Shown here in pieces: positions 19,494 through 32,548 of a stretch of DNA of 64,000 bases. The position numbers were made by a program, and so were the translations under genes. This stretch comes from an uncultured Chloroflexia bacterium (GTDB lineage: Bacteria > Chloroflexota > Limnocylindria > Limnocylindrales > CSP1-4), in the NCBI GenBank assembly GCA_963828165.1, contig CAWHDR010000001.1, positions 2,624,001 through 2,688,000 of the forward strand, written 5' to 3'. Positions within the stretch are counted from its first letter, which is position 1. The number at the start of each line of letters is the position of its first letter. Under the pieces are notes generated by a model. It worked only from the letters and a program-made list of their open reading frames with translations, made no database searches and was not told where the DNA came from.

Positions 19494-22184
19494 GTGAGTC
19501 CCACCTCCCGGCGGCGCCGCGGGCAGCCCACGCTCGACGAGGCCGCGGCCGTCGCCGGCACACGCTTCGCGGACGCCGCGGAAGCGGACGCGCCGCCCAG
19601 CCCGGACGAGCCCGATTGGCTGCGCGACGCCCCGCCCCCGGGTCAGGACCCGACCGCTCCGCCAGCCGCGCCTCCCGACCCCGCGGTCATCGATCGCCGC
19701 CGCGCCGAACGCGCGGAGCAGATCGTCAAGGCGCTGAACCCCGAGCAGGCCCGCGCCGTGACGACCACGGAGGGTCCGCTTCTCATCCTTGCCGGGGCCG
19801 GCTCCGGCAAGACCCGCGTGCTCGCCCACCGGATCGCCTATCTGGTGGGCGTCAAGAACGTGCCGCCGTGGCGGATCCTGGCGGTCACCTTCACGAACAA
19901 GGCCGCGTCCGAGCTGCGCGACCGGATCATCAGCCTCGTCGGCGAGGGCGGTCGAGAGGTCCAGGCGGGCACCTTCCATTCGCTGTGTGCTCGCGTGCTT
20001 CGCCAGGAAGGGACCGCGATCGGGATCGACCGCCGGTTCGTGATCTACGACACGGACGACCAGCAGGCGCTGATGAAGCAGGTCCTGCGCGAGGAAGACC
20101 TCCCGCTGACGGGCGAATTCCGCCCGAGTGCGGTGCTCGGCGCCATCAGTCGCGCCAAGAACGAGATGCTGGACCCCACCTTCCTCAGCGAGAACGCCGC
20201 GAACCACCGCGAACGGACGATCGCCCGCCTCGCGACCCGCTACCAGGAGCGTCTTCGGATCGCCCGCGCGCTCGACTTCGACGACCTCCTGCTCGAGGCG
20301 GTCCGGCTGTTCGACGAAGCGCCTGACGTCCTCGCCAAGTACCAGGAGCGCTGGCGGTATCTCCATGTCGACGAATACCAGGACACGAACCGCGCGCAGT
20401 ACCTGTGGGTCAAGGCCCTCGCCACCAAGTACGGGAACCTGGCGGTCGTCGGCGACGACGATCAGTCGATCTACTCCTGGCGCGGCGCCGATCTGCGCAA
20501 CATCCTGGACTTCGAGCGCGACTGGCCGAACACCGCGGTCGTCAAGCTCGAACGCAATTACCGCTCGACCCAGCTGATCCTCGACGCCGCCCACGCGGTC
20601 GTCTCGCGCAACACCGCGCGCAAGGACAAGAAGCTGTGGACCGAGAACGCCGGCGGCCTGAAGATCCAGCGCTTCGAGGCGTACAACGAGGACGAAGAGG
20701 CCGAGTGGATCGCCCGTCAGGTCGAGGGCCTGATCGGCGGTCGCGGAACGGCCCTGACGCGACGCGCTGACGAGGACGAGCGGGACACGAAGTTCCGCGC
20801 TCGCGAGATCGCGGTCATGTACCGGATGAACGCCCAGTCCCGGGCCATCGAGGAATCGTTCCTGCGCTATGGCATCCGCTACCAGCTCATCGGCGGGACG
20901 CGGTTCTACGCCCGTCGTGAGGTCAAGGACGCCCTCGCGTACCTGCGGATCCTGCGCTCGGACACCGACAGCGTCAGCTTCGAGCGGATCATCAACGTTC
21001 CGGCGCGCGCGATCGGCGACAAGACGATCGAGGCCCTGCGCGCCGGCGCGTCCGCGATCGATCCCGAGACCGGCGAGCCGTCGACGACATGGAGCGCGAT
21101 CGAGCGCGGGGGGCGCGGCGAGCTGCAGAGCCTGGCCCCGCGCACCCGCACGGCCCTCGCCGAGTTCGCCGCGCTGGTGCGCCGGCTCCGATCCCGGGTC
21201 GCTGTCCTGCCGCTCCCGGAGCTGCTCGACGAGGTCCTCGAGGTGTCCGGCTACCGGGCGATGCTCGCCGACGGCTCCGAGGAGGGGGAGGAACGCTGGG
21301 CGAACCTGCTCGAGCTGCGCTCGGTGACGACGCGCTACGACGATCTCGACCCGGAGGACGCGCTCGATCGGCTGCTCGAGGAGACCGCACTGGTCGCCGA
21401 CCAGGATTCCTACGAGGGCGACGCGGATGCGGTGACGCTGATCACCCTGCATGCGGCGAAGGGCCTCGAGTTCCCGGTCGTGTTCATCGCGGGGCTCGAG
21501 GAAGGGCTCTTCCCGCACAGCCGCGCGCTGGAGGACGAGCGCCAGCTCGAGGAGGAGCGACGACTCGCCTACGTCGGGATCACCCGGGCGAAGCGCCGGC
21601 TGTACCTGTCCCACGCGTGGCGCCGGGCGACGTGGGGGATGGGCCAGGCCGCCGTACCGTCACGGTTCCTGCTCGAGATCCCGGCCGAGCTGATGATCGG
21701 CCCGCGGCTGGGCGGCCTCGACGAGCCCGAACGCGACCTCGACCTCGACCTGGTCTTCGGTTCGCGCCGCACGACCCGCTTCAACACCCCGGTCCGTGGC
21801 GGCGGGCCGGCCTACCGGCAGGGGAGCGGCCGGCCGGGTGCCCCGGCAGCCGGCGAGTCGTTCCGGCCGTCGCGCGACCTGACCGCGCGTCGCGAGGCCT
21901 TCGCCGACGGGGCCCCGTCGGGGACGCTCGGGACCGGGGACGGCGAGGACGGGTCGACCGTACCGACGAGCCCGGTCGCATCTCGCCCGCCCCGGCCCAT
22001 CATCCCGGGCGAGCGCCAGTTCCGCGATGGCGACCGGGTTCGCCACGGCCGTTGGGGCGACGGGATCGTGGTGACGTCCAAGCTGACCCGGAGCGACGAA
22101 GAGATCACCGTGGCCTTCAAGGACCCGACGATCGGTCGCAAGACGATGCTGGCGAGTCTCGCCAACCTCGACGTCGTGGGCTAG
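19494..22184 (+). CDS. pcrA: ATP-dependent DNA helicase UvrD/PcrA
   Basis: LNPEQ, AGAGSGKT, VDEYQDTN, VGDDDQSIY, LERNYRST, TLHAAKGLEFP, EERRLAYVGITRA; C-terminal Tudor-like GDRVRH...WGDG. Confidence 0.96.
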   Translation: MSPTSRRRRGQPTLDEAAAVAGTRFADAAEADAPPSPDEPDWLRDAPPPGQDPTAPPAAPPDPAVIDRRRAERAEQIVKALNPEQARAVTTTEGPLLILAGAGSGKTRVLAHRIAYLVGVKNVPPWRILAVTFTNKAASELRDRIISLVGEGGREVQAGTFHSLCARVLRQEGTAIGIDRRFVIYDTDDQQALMKQVLREEDLPLTGEFRPSAVLGAISRAKNEMLDPTFLSENAANHRERTIARLATRYQERLRIARALDFDDLLLEAVRLFDEAPDVLAKYQERWRYLHVDEYQDTNRAQYLWVKALATKYGNLAVVGDDDQSIYSWRGADLRNILDFERDWPNTAVVKLERNYRSTQLILDAAHAVVSRNTARKDKKLWTENAGGLKIQRFEAYNEDEEAEWIARQVEGLIGGRGTALTRRADEDERDTKFRAREIAVMYRMNAQSRAIEESFLRYGIRYQLIGGTRFYARREVKDALAYLRILRSDTDSVSFERIINVPARAIGDKTIEALRAGASAIDPETGEPSTTWSAIERGGRGELQSLAPRTRTALAEFAALVRRLRSRVAVLPLPELLDEVLEVSGYRAMLADGSEEGEERWANLLELRSVTTRYDDLDPEDALDRLLEETALVADQDSYEGDADAVTLITLHAAKGLEFPVVFIAGLEEGLFPHSRALEDERQLEEERRLAYVGITRAKRRLYLSHAWRRATWGMGQAAVPSRFLLEIPAELMIGPRLGGLDEPERDLDLDLVFGSRRTTRFNTPVRGGGPAYRQGSGRPGAPAAGESFRPSRDLTARREAFADGAPSGTLGTGDGEDGSTVPTSPVASRPPRPIIPGERQFRDGDRVRHGRWGDGIVVTSKLTRSDEEITVAFKDPTIGRKTMLASLANLDVVG

Positions 22185-25481
<3,297 letters not shown>

Positions 25482-25489
25482 GAGCCCAC

Positions 25490-25891
25490 GTGGTCCACCC
25501 GAACATCGAGTTCATGCGTCGCTATTCCGCGGCCTTGCAGGCGGGCCAGGCGGCCGACGCGCTCCCGTTCTACGCGGAGGACCTGGTCCTCCACATGCCG
25601 GGCCGTGGTCCGCATTCGGGGACGACCCAGGGGCAGGATGCGGTCCTTGCCTACTACACGGCGGTCTTCCAGGCGACGGACGGCCGATTCGAGGTCGTCG
25701 GCGTCGACGACATCCTCGCCAGCGACGACCACGCTGCCAGCCTCGTGCGCTGGCGCCTGCACCGTGGCGAGCGCACGCTCGACGTCGATCGCGTCGTGGT
25801 CTATCGGATCGTGGACGAGAAGATCAAGGAGATCTGGGTCCGCGACTGGGACCAGTACGCCTACGACGAGTTCTTCGCCGACGGCGCCTGA
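25490..25891 (+). CDS. SnoaL-like/NTF2 family protein
   Basis: YAEDLVLHMPG..SG..QGQDAV; DW DQYAYDEFF-type C-terminus; AGGAG RBS. Confidence 0.8.
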   Translation: MVHPNIEFMRRYSAALQAGQAADALPFYAEDLVLHMPGRGPHSGTTQGQDAVLAYYTAVFQATDGRFEVVGVDDILASDDHAASLVRWRLHRGERTLDVDRVVVYRIVDEKIKEIWVRDWDQYAYDEFFADGA

Positions 25892-25900
25892 CCGGGTTTC

Positions 25901-26410
25901 CTAGCGGCGACCCTGGGCGTAGCGCTCCATGAGCTCGCTGACCGCGCCCCGCGCCGCCTCCCACTCCGGCTGGTCGCCGAAGATCGTGGCGTTGGCGCCG
26001 AACCGGTTGATCTGGGTCATCGCGGTCACGATCATGTCGTGGGCGAGCTTGCGGTTGCGGCCCGCGTCGACCTGGCCGGTCACCAGGTAGCGGCGAACCG
26101 TCTCGAATGGCGCCGTCCAGCGTCCCCAGCGGAGCTTGTCGCCCTCGCGCAGGGTCTCGAGCCACTCGTCGTCGCCCACGGGATGACGATCGTGCTCGCC
26201 CATGTGGCGGCGAAGGTCCACGCGCAGGCCGGGCAGGTCGAGGCTGTTCGTGCGCCCGTCATCGTCCACGGTGAGGTAGCAGACCGGGCACGAGGGGAGC
26301 TCGACGTCGGCCCGTGGGGCGTCCCCGTACGGCAGCCCGCAGCGCCGGCAGAAGGTGGCATCGTCCCGGACCGCGGGCGTGCCGCATTGAAGACAGCTGA
26401 CGGCGATCAT
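25901..26410 (-). CDS. Hypothetical zinc-binding protein (double zinc ribbon plus CxxC...HxxxH)
   Basis: CLQC, CRRC, CPVC...HMGEH; start overlaps the upstream stop (ATGA). Confidence 0.75.
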   Translation of the reverse strand: MIAVSCLQCGTPAVRDDATFCRRCGLPYGDAPRADVELPSCPVCYLTVDDDGRTNSLDLPGLRVDLRRHMGEHDRHPVGDDEWLETLREGDKLRWGRWTAPFETVRRYLVTGQVDAGRNRKLAHDMIVTAMTQINRFGANATIFGDQPEWEAARGAVSELMERYAQGRR

Positions 26411-26889
26411 GCGGCAAATACCCCTTCCCGGATGGCTCGGCGGATGGCGGTTTCAACGATCGGATCGGTGGCGGTCAGACCGATTTCCCAGCCTTCGGGC
26501 GTGTAGAGGCCGGCGGGCCGGCGCGCGACCCGGGTCTGTCCGGTCGCACCCAGGCCGGCGATCGCCTCGGTCAGGGCCGCTTCGAGGAGGTCGGGCGTGT
26601 CGAGTCGGGCGGATCTACCGCCCAGGACGGTCTGCAGGGCGGCGCCCAGGCGATCGACCTCGGGGCGCCCGATGGCGATGACGACTTCGCCCGCCGGTTG
26701 CGTGCCCAGGTCGAAACCGATCGCCTCGTCCGCGGCCGAGGAGGCAGGCACGAGTGGGCGCTCTGCGTCGGCGCGCAGGATGCGCCGACGTGTTCGCTGG
26801 AGCGTGGACCACATGCGCTGGACGACCCTTTCTGGCACGACGTGACGGGGAACTGGACCAGCATCGGCGCGCGATGGCTGCACGACCAT
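26407..26889 (-). CDS. Hypothetical protein
   Basis: ORF coupled by ATGA to the zinc-ribbon gene; start uncertain (26889 or 26931). Confidence 0.6.
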   Translation of the reverse strand: MVVQPSRADAGPVPRHVVPERVVQRMWSTLQRTRRRILRADAERPLVPASSAADEAIGFDLGTQPAGEVVIAIGRPEVDRLGAALQTVLGGRSARLDTPDLLEAALTEAIAGLGATGQTRVARRPAGLYTPEGWEIGLTATDPIVETAIRRAIREGVFAA

Positions 26890-26973
26890 TCCCCATCCGT
26901 CCGGCCCCGGTCCACAGGACTGTTGGGCCATCCGGCCCTGCGCACGACGCCGTAGCGCCCCGGGCGTGGCGCG

Positions 26974-27822
26974 TTAGCCGAGGGCGTGGTTGAACTGGCC
27001 CCAGATGTGCTCGGGATGCCAGTCGAGCGGGTCCCCGCGGATCAGGCGCGGGGCTCGCCATGCCTCGGTCCAGCCATCGGCCGCGAGGGCTGCGGCGCCG
27101 GCATCGTTGTCGAGGAGGATCCCGGCCCGGACTCGGCGATCAGGCCCGGCCGCGACGCGACGGGCGCGCAGGAGCGCGAGCGCATCGGCGGCGCGGGGGG
27201 CGATGGTGGCGCCGCCGCCCCACGGCGCCCGAATGACGTAGCCGAGCGGTGCTTCCGCCCCCGCGGCGACGACCCGGGCCGTGTCCGGGGTAGCGAACGC
27301 AGCCAGCAGGTGGCGGCGGTCCTCGCCGGTCGCCTCCCGATCGAGCGCCGCCATCGCCTCGAGATCATCGGGCCGGAAAGCCCGGACTTCGGCCTCGCCC
27401 GGGTCGCCGGGGGCCGTCGCCAGCCCGGGTGCCTCCATCGTGCGGTACCACGTCTGGACGGTGAATCCGAGTCGCTCGTACAGCGGCTGGCCGGCGTCCG
27501 TGGCCACGAGGACCAGCGTTCGGCATCCGGCCGCCTGCGCTGCATCGATCGGCGCTTCCGTGAGCGCACGTCCCAGGCCTCGCCCGCGCGCCGAGGGCGC
27601 GACCCAGATCGTCCCGATCCAGGCCACGGGTCCGTTGATCGTCACGATCCCGGTGCCGGCGATCGCCCCATCGTCGTCCTCGGCCACGAACGCACGACAC
27701 TCCGGCTGTCCGACGGCGAACTCGAACCAGGCTCGCCGGTCTCCCCAGTCGTCGGCGAGGATGGCCGCTACGGCCGGCTCGATGTCGGCGGTGGTCATCG
27801 GTCGAAGGCGCGGTGTCGGCAT
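26974..27822 (-). CDS. Tandem GNAT acetyltransferase (YitH-like)
   Basis: WIGTIWVAPSARGRGLGRAL, LVATDAGQPLYERLGF; second domain LDREATGEDRRHLL. Confidence 0.85.
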   Translation of the reverse strand: MPTPRLRPMTTADIEPAVAAILADDWGDRRAWFEFAVGQPECRAFVAEDDDGAIAGTGIVTINGPVAWIGTIWVAPSARGRGLGRALTEAPIDAAQAAGCRTLVLVATDAGQPLYERLGFTVQTWYRTMEAPGLATAPGDPGEAEVRAFRPDDLEAMAALDREATGEDRRHLLAAFATPDTARVVAAGAEAPLGYVIRAPWGGGATIAPRAADALALLRARRVAAGPDRRVRAGILLDNDAGAAALAADGWTEAWRAPRLIRGDPLDWHPEHIWGQFNHALG

Positions 27823-27843
27823 GTCCCGGCTATCATCGGGCGC

Positions 27844-28143
27844 ATGGCCACCCTCTCGCGCGACGACGTCGAGCATGTCGCGCATCTTGCCCGACTCGGG
27901 CTCAGCGACGGCGAGCTCGCTCGGCTCGAGGGACAGCTGAACCACATCCTGGAGCAGTACGAGATCCTCGCCAGCGTCCCGACCGACCACATCGCCCCGA
28001 CCGCGCAGACCATCGAGCTCGAGAACATCCTGCGCGACGACATCGCTCAGCCGTCGATGGACCCCGAGGCCGTGCTCGCCAACGCGCCTGCGCGCGACGG
28101 AGCGTTCTTCGTCGTGCCCGCGATCCTCGGCGAGCGTGACTGA
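27844..28143 (+). CDS. gatC: Asp/Glu-tRNA amidotransferase subunit C
   Basis: LSRDDVEHVAHLARL...LRDD...NAPARDGAFFVVPAIL. Confidence 0.96.
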   Translation: MATLSRDDVEHVAHLARLGLSDGELARLEGQLNHILEQYEILASVPTDHIAPTAQTIELENILRDDIAQPSMDPEAVLANAPARDGAFFVVPAILGERD

Positions 28144-28182
28144 CGCCGCGACAGCGCGATCGACCGACGACGGCCCATCCCG

Positions 28183-29775
28183 ATGACGACTGACCTCACC
28201 CGCCTCCACGCCCACCACATGGCCGCCAGGCTCCGGGCGGGCGAGTTGACCGCGCGCGAGCTGACGGAAGCGCATCTCGACCTTGCCGAGGCCCAGGACC
28301 ACGGCCTCCACGCCTGGCTGTCCATCGATCGCGAGCGCGCCCTGGCCGAGGCGGATGCCGCGGACGTCCGCCTGGCCGCGGCTCAGGGTGAGGGCCGCGA
28401 GGCGCTGCGGGCGCTTCACCCGCTGTTGGGTATCCCGGTCGGCCTCAAGGACCTCGTGTCCGTGAAGGGCGGTCAGGCTACCGCGGGCTCGCGCATCCTC
28501 GAGGGATATCTCGCCCCGTACGACGCCCACATCACCGAGCGCCTGCGGGATGCCGGCGCGGTGATCCTCGGCAAGACGAACATGGACGAGTTCGCGATGG
28601 GCTCATCGACCGAGCACTCCGCGTACGGCCCGACGGCCAATCCGTGGGGGCTCGATCGCGTGCCGGGCGGCAGCAGCGGCGGGTCCGCCGCGGCCGTGTC
28701 GGCCTACCACGTGCCCCTGTCCATCGGGACGGACACGGGCGGCTCCATCCGCCAGCCAGCCGCGCTCACGGGGATCGTCGGGCTCAAACCCACGTACGGG
28801 CGGGTCAGCCGGTACGGGATCATCGCCTTCGCGAGCTCCCTCGACCAGATCGGGCCGTTCGCCCGAGACGTGCGGGGAGCGGCGGCACTGCTGCATGCCG
28901 TGGCCGGTCGCGACGAACGAGATTCGACCTCATCGCCGCAACCGGTCCCGGACGAGCTGCTGACGCTCGCCCACAGCGACGACGAGGCGGCGGGATCGCT
29001 GCGCGGCAAGCGCCTTGGCCTCCCGAAGGAGTACTTCGTCGCGGGCATGGAGCCGGGCGTCGAGGCTCGCGTGCGCGAGGGGGTGGCCGCGCTGGAGGCC
29101 GCCGGCGCCATCGTCGAAGAAGTGTCGCTGCCGCATACGGAGTACGGCCTCGCGACCTACTACATCGTGGCCCCGGCCGAGGCGTCTGCGAACCTCGCGC
29201 GCTACGACGGCATCCGGTATGGCCCGCGACTTGGCGAAGGCCGCGACGTCCTGGCCGATTACCTGGCGACCCGTGGCCAGCTCTTCGGTCCGGAGGTGAA
29301 GCGCCGGATCATGCTCGGGACCTATGCGCTCTCGGCGGGCTACTACGACGCCTACTACCTCAAGGCGCAGAAGGTCCGGACCCTGATCAAGGGCGACTTC
29401 GACGCGTTGTGGGCGGGGGGCTTCGATGCACTCGTTGCCCCGACGTCCCCGACCGTGGCCTTCCGGTTCGGGGCCCGGCTCGACGATCCGGTCTCGATGT
29501 ACCTGTCCGATGCGTGCACGCTTCCGGTGAACATGGCCGGGCTGCCGGGCATCTCGATCCCGGCCGGGCTGTCGGAGGGATTGCCGGTCGGGTTGCAGCT
29601 CATCGGCGCCCCGTGGTCGGAGCTCGAGCTGTTCCGGCTTGCGCGCGGCTACGAGGCGATCACCGCCGACGCCGACTGGCGCACATTGGAGCCCGCTGAC
29701 CTCCCAGCGCTGGCCGATCCGTCAACACCCACGCCGGCGGAGCGGATGGCCGCCATGTCGATCGTGGACCGATGA
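28183..29775 (+). CDS. gatA: Asp/Glu-tRNA amidotransferase subunit A
   Basis: GKTNMDEFAMGSSTE, PGGSSGGS, GTDTGGSIRQPA, EVKRRIMLGT. Confidence 0.97.
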   Translation: MTTDLTRLHAHHMAARLRAGELTARELTEAHLDLAEAQDHGLHAWLSIDRERALAEADAADVRLAAAQGEGREALRALHPLLGIPVGLKDLVSVKGGQATAGSRILEGYLAPYDAHITERLRDAGAVILGKTNMDEFAMGSSTEHSAYGPTANPWGLDRVPGGSSGGSAAAVSAYHVPLSIGTDTGGSIRQPAALTGIVGLKPTYGRVSRYGIIAFASSLDQIGPFARDVRGAAALLHAVAGRDERDSTSSPQPVPDELLTLAHSDDEAAGSLRGKRLGLPKEYFVAGMEPGVEARVREGVAALEAAGAIVEEVSLPHTEYGLATYYIVAPAEASANLARYDGIRYGPRLGEGRDVLADYLATRGQLFGPEVKRRIMLGTYALSAGYYDAYYLKAQKVRTLIKGDFDALWAGGFDALVAPTSPTVAFRFGARLDDPVSMYLSDACTLPVNMAGLPGISIPAGLSEGLPVGLQLIGAPWSELELFRLARGYEAITADADWRTLEPADLPALADPSTPTPAERMAAMSIVDR

Positions 29776-30145
29776 TCGGCCGGCCGCCGCTGGCCGTGGC
29801 CGGACCCATGACACCAGCAACCACGGGACCATCGAGCTGCGCCGCGCGCTCGCCGACCACCAGGAGCGTCGCTACGACGTCCGTTACGACCCGGCGACCG
29901 AGATCCTCGTCACGGTCGGTGCCTCCGAGGCGCTGGACCTCGCGCTGCGCGCGACCTGCGACCCCGGTGATGAGGGTCATCCTGCACGGGCCGTCCTGGC
30001 GGAGGAGCGCGTGGCCGTCGTGCCGGGGCGCGCCTTCGGGCCATCGGGCGAGGGACACGTCCGCATGTGCTACGCGACGTCGTCCGCCGGGCTCGAGACG
30101 GCGCTCGAGCGGATCGGCCGGTTCGTGGAGCGTGCCCGCGCCTGA
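29772..30145 (+). pseudogene. Class I/II PLP aminotransferase remnant with large internal deletions
   Basis: TSNHGTIELRRAL...EILVTVGASEALDLALRATCDPGDE joined to EERVAVVPGRAFGPSGEGHVRMCYA...ALERI; the PLP-lysine region is absent. Confidence 0.8.
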
Positions 30146-30160
30146 CGGCCGCCGCCCGGG

Positions 30161-32548
30161 CTAGCGATCGATCGACCCCCGCCGAAGCGCTTCCTCGATC
30201 GCCCAGATGGCCAGCGGCCGCAGGTAGATCGAGGCACGGAAGTTGCCGTCGCGGTCGTACGCCTCGGGCGTCCGGAACCACAGGCCTCGCTCGTACGTGA
30301 CGGCCGCCACCCCGCGGGCCGTCTCCCAGCCCTCGGCCAGCAACCCGCGCCCGATCATGAACGCGGCCAGCGCGTAGGAGGTGCCGACCCAGACCTCGGC
30401 GCTCTGCTCGCTCGAGCCGTCGATCGAGCCATCGGGGCGCGTGCCGTTGACGGCCCCCATCCGCCCAGCGGCGAACCCGCGCACGTTGCGGGCATGGATC
30501 GTTCGCAACGCGGTCTCCACGCGATCGTCGGGGAGCAGGGGACCGAGGCCCGTCGCGTCGGCATACCACTGACCGGCCAGTTGATCGGCCATGAGACTGT
30601 CCGAGCTCGGGCCGCCCCCATCGTCGTACGCGTAGTGGTCGCCACGCCACAGCCGGACGTCGAAGGCGACCTGTGCCCGTTCGAACCAGCCGCTCCACCG
30701 ACCCTCCGCCTCGCGATCGCCGAGCCGGCGGGCCATCGCCTCGGCAGCCGCGGTGGCGGCCAGCCACAGGGAGCCGCCGTACGCCGATGGGCCGCGCATC
30801 GGCCAGGTGTCGTAGGTCTGGTCCGGGATCCCATCGTGCTCGGGCAGCCCATCGCCGTCGCGGTCGCTCGCCCCGAGCCCGGTGAGGACCCGCTCGACGG
30901 TGGGAAAGGCGTCGCGGATGAGCGCATCGCCTTCCTCCGGACCCGCCGCGACCGCGTCGCGCCAGACCTGGAGCACGAACTTGGGGCCGAGGTCCTTCCA
31001 CAGGCTCACGTCCTGGAAGCGGTACCAGTTGGGCCGGTGGAACGGGTCGTCTGCCGGGCCGCCGAGATCGTGGGGTACGGTCCAGCCGACCTTCCGAGGC
31101 GCCTGCACTCCGGACGCCTGGATCGTCCAGCGCCCGGGATCGTCCGCGGGCACGGCGGCCAGCAGGTCGCGGATGCCGCGCAGCTCGAGCTCGGGATACA
31201 GCTCCAGCAGGGCGAACGACGCGTAGAAATCCACGTCGACCGTGTCGTAGAACGGATAGTCCAGGCACTCGAGGAGGCCGAAGCGACCGGCGTCGCCCGC
31301 CGCTGGTTCGGCGCCCCCGACCTCGCCGGCCTCCCAGAACGTGCCGCCATCGACCAGGAAGTACAGCTCGTTGAACAGGGCCATCGTGTACCAATCGGGG
31401 CGTGCCGGATCGTCCAGGATCGGGGCCTGCCATGCCTCGATCGCGGTGCGCCAGGCCGGTGCCTGGTCCAGGGCGTGGTTCGCGAGGTCCCAGGCCCGCT
31501 CGCCCGTTCGGCCCCAGGCGCCCGTGTAGCGCTTCCACCAGCGCCGGCCGCTGCCGAACTCGACGATCGGCAGGTCCCAGGCGAGCGCGAACCGGACCGA
31601 TCGCCGCTCCCCGGGCGCCAGTTCCGTGGTGGCGGCGACGGCGGCACCCTCTGGACCGTTGGGCGGCGCCTCGGCCGACGGATGCGGGTCGTCGTCCAGC
31701 CGCCCGTCCATGGCGAAGTCGGCCCACATGGCGGTGTCGCCGACCGGATCGAACGTGGCACGCGCCGAGAGGGACCATCCGTCCGTTTCGAGCGCCGCGA
31801 TCGCGAGGGTGCCACGCAGGGCGGAGGGCGCGTCCGGCCCCGGGTCGAGGAGCGTCACGCCGAGGGCACCCTCAGACCGGATGACGTGGTGCCGCCGTCC
31901 CGGCGCGGGACCGGAGGCCGGGCCGCCCGGCGGGTCGGCCCAGGTGAACAGGAGCCCGACCGTCAACGGGTCGGGCCCGGGATTCTCCACCCACCACTCA
32001 AAGACCCCGACGGGCAGCGCACTCCGCTCGAGGTCGCCGGCGATCACCGGGGAGAGCTGCTCGCCCGTGAGGCGCACCGGGAGGCCGAGACCGTCGGGCT
32101 CGAAGGTCTGCCAGGCGCGTGGGAACAGCGCGTGGTAGGTGCCGCCGTCCACGGGCAGGTCCCATCCCCAGGCCGGCAGGTGCTCGGGCCGGTGCGCGGA
32201 CAGCACGATCGCGCGGCCGCCGCGATCCGCGTCGCCTACCCGTTCCGCGTCGCCCGCCGGCGCGACGTAGAGCGAGAAGCCATCGGCCGCAACGGGCTCG
32301 AATCGGTGCTGCCCGACATCGAGATGCCACCGCGCCACATCGCCACGGAACGTCCGCCCGATGCTCCCCGTTCCCAGACCGCCGATCGGAATCCCGGCCC
32401 ATTCGCCGTCATCCACCATCGGCCCCTCGACGCGCGGGTGCCCGACGTCCGGGCAGGGGACGCCGATCCCGCGACGCCACGCCTGGCGCGGGATGCTGGG
32501 CCACCCGAGATCCGCCCCGGGTCCAGCCGGGCGGATCGTGCTCGTCAC
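30161..32548 (-). CDS. GH116 beta-glucosidase/glucosylceramidase (GBA2-like)
   Basis: GIPIGGLGTGSIGR, LFNELYFL, LECLDYPFYDTVDVDFY, WKDL, PDQTYDTW, EVWVG, FRTPEAY, YLRPLAIW. Confidence 0.92.
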   Translation of the reverse strand: MTSTIRPAGPGADLGWPSIPRQAWRRGIGVPCPDVGHPRVEGPMVDDGEWAGIPIGGLGTGSIGRTFRGDVARWHLDVGQHRFEPVAADGFSLYVAPAGDAERVGDADRGGRAIVLSAHRPEHLPAWGWDLPVDGGTYHALFPRAWQTFEPDGLGLPVRLTGEQLSPVIAGDLERSALPVGVFEWWVENPGPDPLTVGLLFTWADPPGGPASGPAPGRRHHVIRSEGALGVTLLDPGPDAPSALRGTLAIAALETDGWSLSARATFDPVGDTAMWADFAMDGRLDDDPHPSAEAPPNGPEGAAVAATTELAPGERRSVRFALAWDLPIVEFGSGRRWWKRYTGAWGRTGERAWDLANHALDQAPAWRTAIEAWQAPILDDPARPDWYTMALFNELYFLVDGGTFWEAGEVGGAEPAAGDAGRFGLLECLDYPFYDTVDVDFYASFALLELYPELELRGIRDLLAAVPADDPGRWTIQASGVQAPRKVGWTVPHDLGGPADDPFHRPNWYRFQDVSLWKDLGPKFVLQVWRDAVAAGPEEGDALIRDAFPTVERVLTGLGASDRDGDGLPEHDGIPDQTYDTWPMRGPSAYGGSLWLAATAAAEAMARRLGDREAEGRWSGWFERAQVAFDVRLWRGDHYAYDDGGGPSSDSLMADQLAGQWYADATGLGPLLPDDRVETALRTIHARNVRGFAAGRMGAVNGTRPDGSIDGSSEQSAEVWVGTSYALAAFMIGRGLLAEGWETARGVAAVTYERGLWFRTPEAYDRDGNFRASIYLRPLAIWAIEEALRRGSIDR

